NCBI GenBank assembly: GCA_951406725.2
Contig: OX597830.1
Location: 51,150,001 to 51,214,000, forward strand
Reading direction: 5' to 3'
Origin: Octopus vulgaris
Taxonomy: Eukaryota
DNA length: 64,000 nucleotides
Both the position numbers and the translations under genes were made by a program. The notes under the pieces were generated by a model, which was not told the DNA's origin, did no database searches, and worked only from the letters and a program-made list of their open reading frames with translations. Shown here one piece after another: positions 53,991 to 64,000 of this stretch. The first letter of the stretch is position 1. Every line of letters begins with the position of its first letter.

Positions 53991-54035
53991 TGTAGTAGTA
54001 GTAGTAGCAGCAGCAGCAGCAGTTGCGGCAGCAGT
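53661..54035. repeat. (TAG)n/(GGT)n compound microsatellite
   Basis: Direct observation. Confidence 0.95.
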
Positions 54036-54808
54036 AACATCAGATAAGATAACCTAAGACAGTTCACCGGATTTCATAACAATCAACAGGCATTAAATAA
54101 GCGCCACCTTGCTGTGATTAATATCATATTTTCTGGTCTGCCAGTAACACGATCGAATCTCGCTGTGACATTTGAGATGTAGTTTTAGTTTAATTACTGC
54201 AGTGGCTGCTGTTAGTGAAGTGTGACTAAAATACTGTGAAGTCGTCTTTCATGTGACTGTGTGACTAGGATTTTTCTTAGCTGATTTCACTGAGAAATTT
54301 ACAGACAAAAGACAAAATCAGACTTCGTAAGCCACCATATTGGATAGAGGTAAACATTACACAAGGACAGACATTTCAGGATATGAACAATAAGACATAT
54401 AAATCATCCACTCTATAACAAAGATCTGCATACTATTTACAAGATGTAGGAAAGATCTATATACTATATAGTGAATGTAGGAGGTATACAATACATAGGA
54501 GAGGTCCACATATGATATACACTATATGAGAGGGATGTATGTACATATATATATATATATATATATATAAATATTCCTTATTCCTTCGCAATTAGGAATA
54601 TGCAGCCTTCGAAACATATGTCGAAAATAAAGGAATTTTGTTAATTCGTCGTTCAACTCCATTCTTTCATATATTTATATTTTTAAAAATAATATACAAA
54701 TTTCCACACGAAAGCACGTAACTTCAAACGTGTCTTCTCTGATGTGAATTTGCTACCCAGGTATCGGTTAACCGAATTATCCATAACAAGATAATTCATT
54801 CTACTACT

Positions 54809-54855
<47 letters not shown>

Positions 54856-54902
54856 GCGCATACACACATATGATATACACTATATGAGAGAGATGTATGT
54901 AC

Positions 54903-54960
<58 letters not shown>

Positions 54961-55263
54961 GTATGTCGGTTAAACCATTAGGAGTGAAGGACTCCTAGCC
55001 TTTGTTATGGCATCCTTCTAGGAGAAGGTAACTCAGGTAACTGAGATAACTCCGACATAAAACCTGCAGCTCAGCGGTTACCGATGATGTTGATTTGTTC
55101 TTCTTTTCGGATTATGCTGCTGTTGCTTAGTGAGTGGCATTGGCTCAGTGCACAGCCTTTCCTCACTTTAAAACATATCTTCTTGCACAGGCATTGCACG
55201 ATAACATCATTGATTAAGCTTCGTGCAATGGTCATACTCGATAACGAGGGGGCAGCCACCATG

Positions 55264-55310
<47 letters not shown>

Positions 55311-55318
<8 letters not shown>

Positions 55319-55800
55319 GGCATTATTACACATATTTTTTTAATTTGTTCCGAAGAAGCACGTTGTGACCGAAATGCAATTCGAAAAAGCCCGCCATTTA
55401 CATAGATGTATGAGGGGTGAACAGTTCCATATGCTACGATGGAGGCGACGGTTGCCTATCTGGTATGTTGATTTTGTTTATTCATGATATATCTTGAGTT
55501 CGCTTCATTGAAGAGCAAGGGACGCGGATACTGCGTTGATTGCGAAATCACAGGTGATCTGGAGCTAAATTCTGTTTTTAAATTACTCGCTTCGAGAATT
55601 GTATTCGGTACGATTTGTTTATATTTGGTAGTTATGACTTTAAAAGTCCCTCCTAGCGTGCGGCATTTATGTGTAATAATGCCCTCTATATAATATAAAT
55701 AAATATTTCCAAGTGAAAAAATTTACAGATTTTTTCTCTTATGAGGTTTTTCACGCTAACTACTTGATAATTTCTTATTAAGATTTTATCCTATTTTTTA
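55311..55800 (+). mobile_element. Diverged relative of the 588-1481 element: about one unit plus a short inverted 5' segment
   Basis: Shares CCGAAATGCAATTCG, GAAATCACAGGTGAT, TAATAATGCCCTCTATATA, TTTTCTCTTATGAGGTTTTTCACGCTA. 55311-55334 is inverted relative to about 55669-55692. (TA)n on both sides. Confidence 0.85.
55502..55565 (+). ncRNA. Type I hammerhead ribozyme with extended stem II (C3 changed to U)
   Basis: GCTTCA-TTGAAGA-GCAA..ACGCGG(ATA)CTGCGT..TTGC-GAAA-TCAC(AG)GTGA-TC^TGGAGC. Confidence 0.8.
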
Positions 55801-55930
55801 AATATATATATATATACGCGCATACACACACATACAAAATATAGGTCAGATCGATGTACCACACAGTGTGTTCGAACAAAGATTGATATTTTTCATAAAA
55901 GGAAAAGAATACACAATATCACTTCCAAAA

Positions 55931-56090
55931 GGAGCGGCTGTGTGGTAAGTAGCTTGCTTACCAACCACATGGTTCCGGATTCAGTCCCACTGCGTGTCAC
56001 CTTGGGCAAGTGGCTTCTGCTATGGCCTCGGGCCGACCAAAGCCCTGTGAGTGGATTTGGTAGATGGAAACTGAAAGAAGACCGTTGTAC

Positions 56091-56168
<78 letters not shown>

Positions 56169-56405
56169 GTGTGTGTGCGTGTATTTTTGTGTGTCTGTGT
56201 TTGTCCCCCCCAACATCGCTTGGCAACCGATGCTGGTATATTTAAGTCCCCGTAACTTAGCGGTTCGGCAAAGGAGACCGATAGAATAAGTACTAGGCTT
56301 ACAAAGAATAAGTCATGGGGTCGATTTTCTCGACTAAAGGTGGTGCTCCAGCATGGCCCCAGTCAAATGACTGAAACAAGTAAAAGAGTAAAAGAATAAA
56401 AGAGT
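55931..56405 (+). mobile_element. SINE family B (octopus OK-like, CORE-like domain), full length
   Basis: tRNA-like head GGAGCGGCTGTGTGGTAAG..GATTCAGTCCC, CACCTTGGGCAAGT, internal microsatellite, (TAAAAGAG)n tail. Confidence 0.92.
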
Positions 56406-56417
56406 AGATTATTGAGG

Positions 56418-57110
56418 TTAGTAACCCACCTGAGCCGCCACCAAGGCCTCAACACGGCTCCAGCGTCTGGCGCATACGCTCCTCACTGTATCTCTAGAAA
56501 GATTTTCGAGCATCTCCTCGATCTTGACCACCAGTCCGACATTGGTGATGCAAGCAAAGCTCTTGGTGCCTTGTAGAACGGCACCTCACACTTAGTAACC
56601 CACTGGATTAAAATCGTTGGAATTAGGAGGCCAGAATTTGGGTTGAAGGAATTCTCTGACAAAAACTGCTGACTCATTCCGGAAGTATGGCAGAGAAACG
56701 CATCCTATTGCTACACAGAGGTTTCCGCTTCCAGCATCAAGTCTCGCCAGCCAGGGATTGGCCACAGTCTGCAGCAGATTCACACAGCCGTGTAAATTAG
56801 CCTAAGGCCCTATTGAAATACGTGTCGATGAATTCCAGCGTATGGACTTAGTCAGAACTCTTGCCGTGTTCATTTCTGCTGATCACAGCTTTGTATTCTC
56901 CATTGCAACTGGCCATATGGTATTTACGGAGCATTGAGCCCTAGTCATGATGTCGGCGTTTTGACACCCGGCGCAAATTATCATGTTACAAGTAACTCTT
57001 TTCCAATATCCAGATTGCTTCAACCTTAGCCAAATTCTTTTCAGCTATAAACTTTAATCTTTATGCTGTCCAACGCTATTGGCTGTTCACCAATTCATCA
57101 AGCTTCTCCT
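56418..57110 (-). pseudogene. DD37D/maT-like transposase remnant
   Basis: SQQFLSEN, FWPPNSNDFNPVGY, KIEEMLENLSRDTVRSVCARRWSRVEALVAAQVGY; related to 26480-26896. Confidence 0.75.
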
Positions 57111-57252
57111 GAAGAAAGGAGACATAAAAACATCGTCAAATTCCAAATAATGTATACTCTATATAGAAAAGAGTTTACTATGTACATATAGGTATCACTA
57201 ATCTATGCGTATATAGTATGTAGAGCTCTCTTTGTTTGTAGTTTATATTAGA

Positions 57253-57619
57253 CTAGCACTATGACCCGGAAAAGCCGGGTCATAGTGCTAGTGCATGCAT
57301 ATACAGCTGCGTGAGTGGGCACATACATGCGAGTACTGTCCAAATCTCTGACCAATCCCATACAGCTAGCTGGCATTCAATTGGCGTATCAAGTTTCGGG
57401 CATATTGATTGGGTTTTGGATAGAAAATTCACAAAAAAGTCACTTCTATTGATTTTTTAATGGCTTTGCGGGGTGACTGGGGAATGTAAAGATGTGCACG
57501 ACCACCCTTGGACGGTTTTGAATGACCATAGAAAATGCGAGTCCTCTAACTGAAGAATTGTGGATTTGTATAAAGGACACGCACACAGACAGACATTTTG
57601 CCGTTTATATATATAGAGA
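57253..57619 (-). mobile_element. Non-autonomous Helitron
   Basis: Minus strand A|TCTCTATATATATAAACGG start, terminal hairpin, CTAG|T end. Confidence 0.8.
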
Positions 57620-57802
57620 TATATAACAATTGTTTAGATAAGTTCGTTGGATCAAAGTTTTCCATTTATTTATCAATAGAATTACTTAATATATATTAAA
57701 GTTTACCTAACTGTAGATTCCATAGTGCTGACCCTGAGCAAATCATCTAACTGTCAACTGCCTAGTTTACCTAGCTGTGCGTAGACACCACAGATTGATA
57801 TA

Positions 57803-58031
57803 CAGTAATTCTTCGCCATATTACGATTCGCCTATCGCAGTTTATTATTTAAGCTTACCTCGACTCCTTCCTTCGTGGTGTTGTTTTGTATTCACAATAA
57901 AATGAATATATAAAAATTATAAAAATAATTTTTAAAAATATATACAGTACAGTACTGTTTCTAGTTCGCGGATTTTCATCTATCGCGGGGTGTTTTGGAA
58001 CGTAACACCTGCGATAGTCGAGGGATTACTG
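57803..58031. mobile_element. Tigger/pogo-like MITE
   Basis: TA|CAGTAATTCTTCG ... CGAGGGATTACTG|TA termini. Confidence 0.8.
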
Positions 58032-58579
58032 TAGTTCCCTGTATTTTATCCATGATCAAGACACTTAACTGTAAACAGTCCATCCTATTTAGTTTTATGT
58101 TGGTACCACACTATATCATAGTTCTCTGCAAAGAGTCCTTGACAAAGACACCTTAATTTCAGGCTACATAGCTGTATGTAGGAACCACGGTGTGGTTGAG
58201 TTTGTGACAGTGTGTATACGACCAAGTGAGTTAACTGTCAAGAGTCCAGTCTATCTATCTGTAAGTAGGTACCACAATATAATATAACTGGGAGCACTCA
58301 ACAAGAAACATTTTAACAAGTGTCACAACTTACCAAGCACTGACATTCACACACACACTCATCTGCACACATACACGCTCACACATGTATATACACACAC
58401 ACACATATATACACACACGCATATATAAACTCACATATAAACACATACACACACATATATACACATAAACACACACATATATGTATATAAATATAAGATC
58501 CAAGAATCGAGGTGTAGGAAGAAAGTTAACTTCAAGCAATCCCTAGTAAATATTTTTTTAAATATATATATATATACAC

Positions 58580-58625
<46 letters not shown>

Positions 58626-58687
58626 GTATGTATATATGTGTGTACATACATAAATACATACATATATTTACACATATACATACACAT

Positions 58688-58733
<46 letters not shown>

Positions 58734-58904
58734 ACATATATATATGCATGTACATCTATATATGCATATATATATTGTATAAAGATCGTGGGTAAGGCTA
58801 AAACAATGCGAAGTAAATGCAAGATAAATCACAAGGAAACAAATATGTGAATTAATGAAGAAATTGACGAATGTTTCCGATTCTACACAATGCTTCATAG
58901 CAAT

Positions 58905-59008
<104 letters not shown>

Positions 59009-59805
59009 CTCACACGCACATACACAAACAGACAAACACTTTGTACTTGCCAAGTCGTGGCACTAGCTGGGTTTTTACTTGTTGAGCATAATTAGCTGCT
59101 ATTTGCAGCTATAGTATTGCAGAATTGGCAAGTCATCTGCAGTGTTTCTGTGCGAATTTAACCTCAATGTTGCTGGTTCACAGTCATGTTCCTATGAACA
59201 CGACACTTAACAATCAGCAGTCCAGTCTATCTGTTTGTTTTCAGGTACCACATTATAGCATAGTTCACTGTACACTGTCCAATGCACTTTCATTGCAACA
59301 GTACGGTCTCCCTAACTGTAAGAAGGTACAAGAGGGTGGTGTAGTTCATTGTACACTGCCCGACCAAGACTCTTCACTGTCAAGAGGACAGTCTGTGTAG
59401 CTGTATGTAGGTTTAACTGTATAATATAATCAACTGCTGTATGCAACGATAATCTTTGCCAAACTGGCAAATTATCTGTGTGAAGCGAAGTTAAAATCAT
59501 CTTGCATAAAAATCAGTCTTCGAGATACTAGCATCCTTTTCCGCTAAAGAATCATTTATTTACTTCATACTAAAAAAGCTATCTTGGCCATCCCAAAAGA
59601 TTAAGAAAATATTGTGATGGGTTAATTTAATTTACATCGCCTCAGTTATATGAAACTATATATGCATTTATATACAAATAAATCGAACGTGTATTCAGTA
59701 CATTCGTTACATAATCGAGTTTGCTATATGATATACATACATATATATATATATATGTATGTATGTATGTGTGTGTATTTGTGTACATGTGCGTATATAC
59801 ATACA

Positions 59806-59852
<47 letters not shown>

Positions 59853-59899
59853 ACACACACACATTCAGAGTACACAGATTCACGCAATTATACGTATAA

Positions 59900-59954
<55 letters not shown>

Positions 59955-61371
59955 GTGTGTGTGTGTGTTAAGAATATACCACATTAACAAAGACGCAGGT
60001 TTTCAGTTACTTAACACAGCCTCTACTAAAATGTAATCGTACCTGGTCATTGCGCCACCAATACGATATGTCGCATTAATATGCCATAAATTTTTACCAT
60101 AATTACCCCAGGCCCGAGATATGTGAATACCAGTTGCTGTAAAGTATAGAATTACCGAAAATTGAATTGAAAACATATAAAACAAAACAAAAACCGAAGA
60201 AAAACAGTGAAAAAAGAATATCGTGCAACACCTATATTTATTGCTTTAAGAAATATCTTGAAGGTTACCTGTAGATTTTTCTGACAGCTAATAAATTTTG
60301 TCAGTGATATAAGTATCAGCCAGAAGCACTTTAAAAAAGATATTTCAATATATTTATGAGAACAATGGTGATGGAGGAACTAGCGGAGAAGAACGCTAGA
60401 TAAAATGTCAAAATGCCCAAAATTCCAAAGTACCATGCTGTGTGTAGTTACGCCATTGTTTTCTGTCTGGGTTCAAATCATCCCCCGTATGAGGCGATTT
60501 GCATCACTGCATCTAGTAGTCAGGCTCCAGTTGGGGAGTTTAGAGGTTGTAGGGAGTATGGAGTTACCTATTAGTCATCCAAACCCTTGCTTGGAGTGGT
60601 AATACTCGTTAAAGGCCATACTTAGAGGTCAAATATCTGAAGATAATCCAGTGGCTAATACATACAGAACTTGGGGACGATCGACCCCCCAAGCATATGT
60701 CACGCAGGATTACCTGTGTGCTAACATTCATTCATGGCACATGAATCAGTACCTTTTGCTAAGGGTTAAAATAGGCCCTGTACCTCAAGGGTAAAATTTA
60801 TAGAGCAAGAGAGTAGCAGAATAAGCTGTAAATAAACTGGTAGGATGTAATGGGGGAAAACATTGCTAGAAATATATTTTCGAAGAAACACAGATAGGAG
60901 CCACAGAATAAGTCGAATCTCACCAGGGTCAAGAATTCAAGGAATACCGAGAATCAGTTTGGCTTTCACCCTTTCAGGGTCGCTAAAGAAAATAGCAATC
61001 GGGGGTGTTATGGGATAACAGTATTGTCAGAATGTCAAATAACTTGTGGTGTTTGTTCAAGTTCTAAGTCCTTGGAGGGTAGACTTAATTCGCCGTTCTG
61101 TTTAATGCCATCACCTGCTCCTTTGATATTTTTAGCAGAGCAGATTTAACTGGGTAACAACAATTAGGACTAAGTTTCCAGTTTACGGACAGCATCTTGT
61201 CTTTCTTCCATACGTCTCAAGACAAAGTGTCTTTTGCACTGACCTTCCGTTATCCATTAACCGCTAAAATGTAATCATAAATAATGGTATGGGATATTAA
61301 TTAAAATTAGAGCTGGCTGACGCTTAAATTCACATCTACTTTGCAGGCGTTGCTGTTTATAGACACAGGTT

Positions 61372-61790
61372 TGATTGTGCAGTTAAGAAGCTTGCTTCCT
61401 AACCATATGAGCTTGGGTCTGTCCCCACTGCTTGGTACATTAGACAAGTATCTTCTACTATAGCCCCTGGCCGACTAAAGATTTGTGAGAGTATTCGGTT
61501 GACGGAAACAGTGGCCTGCGATACACACATACACACACACACACACTCACACACATACACACAAAATATTTATGTTTGTGCATAAGTCTGTGCCTGTGTT
61601 TCATTGGTTCCAAACACTGTCTAGTTTTGTCTTATGTCCGCTTAACCAAGCTTTTCATAAAAGAAAACCGATAGAATAAGTACCACGTTTCAGAAATAAG
61701 TACTGGTATCGATTTGACTGACCAAACTCTTCAGGGTGGTGCCCTACCAAGATCGCAGTCCAATGAGTGAAATATGTTTAAAGACAAATG
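61372..61790 (+). mobile_element. Degenerate SINE family B
   Basis: TTAAGAAGCTTGCTTCC..TCTTCTACTATAGCC..ACCGATAGAATAAGTACC. Confidence 0.7.
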
Positions 61791-62516
61791 ATCTACAGTA
61801 AAGGCTCTGTGACACAATTCTTTATGTTCGACGTCGTATATTTTCTCGGTTGACAAAGAGAAACTGCATCAAAAAGTTAACAGTCCGAAAAAAAGTATTT
61901 GAAGTTTGTGCTATTCTGACTACGGACATCGATGATGGGAGCTCGATGTGGTGGTCATTTTCATTATTCCATAGAAGGAACGAATTTCCATGTTGTATCC
62001 TAAAAATGTATGAAAAAATTCAAGTTAAATAAAAATTGACTACGTCGTTAAATGTGTAAGGGTAAGTTGGATAGAATACTCATTCACAGTGGTAGGAGAC
62101 TCCGTCGGTTCCAGCGATAAGAATACAGTTGTTCAATCTATCTCCTGAACTTAACATGTAAGTGGTTGAGTATTCCGCAAGTTAGAGCTTTGAAACGTGT
62201 CATCCGGAAGGAAGTGTTTGTGTGCGCGTGTGTGTGAGAGATAGAGAGGGGTGGGGTGGAGGGGTTTAGGGAAAAAGAAACAAAGACAGAGAGAAGGAGA
62301 AAGGGAGAGAGAAATGGTGACAGACAGACGGATAGGCCGAACGTAAGATTAACCTCAGTACTGGAAGGTACTTTATTGATTCCTGAAAAATAAAAAATAG
62401 AACTGGCCTCGGTGGAATTTAAACTTAGAGTGCAGGGAACTGGAATGAGCCCCGCAAAGCCTTCTATCCGCCGCTTTACCGACTCTGCCCGCCAATTCGC
62501 TACTTTTTCGTTCCCC

Positions 62517-62575
<59 letters not shown>

Positions 62576-63646
62576 CCCTATCTCTATCTCTATCTCCCTC
62601 TCTACCTCTATCTATCTACCTATCATTTGTAACTATGAATTTAGCTATCTATTTGATTATTTTCTCCTGCCAAACTATGGAAATAAGAAATGAGGGCTGT
62701 CAAACTCAACCGGACTGCACCGTAAGCTAATATTTCTACTCTTATCTTCATGTTTCTTTCTCACCAGACACAAAGGGTATATATCTTAAAGATGAAATAG
62801 AAGCTGTGATAGCCATGCATTTCCATAGAATCTTCGATGTACGAGTGACTTGAACTGTCAGACAAACTCAAGAATATTAACATCATATTTAAACCTATTC
62901 TACGTTTCTACATAATTCATCCCAAACACATAGGTCATCCTAACTTACGCTTTCCACTCTCTGGTTCCACAACCATTCCGATCATACCTGAATCATTTAC
63001 GTTTCTCATATTTAAAAGCGATGACAATTTCTCCGCGATTCTGTAATCCAAAGACAAGATGGTCTTCTTGAAGATGGCACATGTTTTCTACGACCATCAT
63101 CGGTTCGAAATTCCAATCCCATGCTGCTCAAAACTAGAGCTGTACCACTGCCGACCTCATGATCCATTCAGCCAGCCAGCAGGGGAGTCCTGCGTGGTCA
63201 GTTGAATGCTATAAATAGCTACGAAATCTTCCTCAAAATATACCTCTAAATTTTCCCCAAAACAATGGGCGCATAGAAAAAAAACCCAGAATGGTCATGG
63301 TTGAAATATTTTTGGTCGTAGGTCTGCATGGTCAGGGTGGTTATGGAGCTAAAGAACATGAAGAATGTGTTTACCCAATTTAAAATTTCCTCCCTCTCAC
63401 TCATAATTGTCCTTCACATTCTTATAAACCTTTTTTCCCCAATGTCGTCTGAAACATTTATAAATTCCTCTCTGCCTCCGATTAGGTTTTCTACTCGAAA
63501 CATCTATCGCGTTCTTACTCCTGAACTTAACATATATAAGTGGTTGGGTATTCCGCAAGTTAGACCATTGAAATGTGTCATCCAGAAGGAAGTGTTTGTG
63601 TGTGTATCTGAGAGAGAGGGGGGGGGAGAAGGAAAAGAAGAAGGAG

Positions 63647-63742
63647 AAGAAGAAGAAGAAGAAGAAGAAGAAGAAGAAGAAGAAGAAGAAGAAGAAGAAG
63701 AAGAAGAAGAAGAAGAAGAAGAAGAAGAAGAAGAAGAAGAAG
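63647..63742. repeat. (GAA)n microsatellite
   Basis: Direct observation. Confidence 0.95.
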
Positions 63743-63905
63743 ATTTGAACTCGGAGAGACGAGAAGCTGAACAACAAATACGGCTCAGTATTGCATCCGA
63801 CATTCAAACGACTGCGCCAATATCTGCCATTAATATTTCCGCTGGAATGTTGAAAAAGATGTGATTTATTGTTGATTCAGTTGAGATTGGAACTAAAGAG
63901 AAGAA

Positions 63906-64000
63906 AGCCATTTTGATTTCTCAGCCATTTTGATCTCTCAGCCATTTTGATTTCTCAGCCATTTTGATATCTCAGCCATTTTGATATTTCAGCCATTTTG
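63906..64000. repeat. 17-bp tandem minisatellite AGCCATTTTGATnTyTC, running off the window
   Basis: About 5.5 head-to-tail copies without spacers. Confidence 0.95.

Noticed and set aside
63328-63864. 178-aa ORF with poly-Glu
   Set aside because: Runs through a repeat remnant and a (GAA)n tract; no domain features.
63906-64000. CRISPR-like array
   Set aside because: Head-to-tail repeats without unique spacers, eukaryotic context, no cas genes.

Overview
AT-rich, gene-poor eukaryotic DNA saturated with microsatellites ((TA)n, (CA)n, (GATA)n, (TAG)n, (GAT)n, (GAA)n). The SINE content resembles octopus genomic DNA (recognised from memory, not searched). No intact protein-coding gene is visible, and almost all listed ORFs are microsatellite artefacts. 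The window is a mosaic of mobile elements: three tRNA-derived SINE families, decayed R4/Dong-type and RTE LINEs, mariner, DD37D and Tigger remnants, two non-autonomous Helitrons, and decayed Penelope-like (PLE) RT and GIY-YIG fragments. The main signal is a set of short non-coding elements, mostly in or beside (TA)n tracts and mostly flanked by partial inverted repeats, that carry hammerhead ribozyme (HHR) motifs. The best case is a near-identical tandem repeat with two complete type I HHRs 459 nt apart (727-773, 1186-1232). A diverged, circularly permuted relative at about 55.3-55.8 kb has different but still paired stems. A second family uses a U3-A8 core, and several minimal HHRs have palindromic stem III. 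Together these look like a retrozyme or PLE pseudo-LTR system. All structures were paired by eye; nothing was computed or searched.
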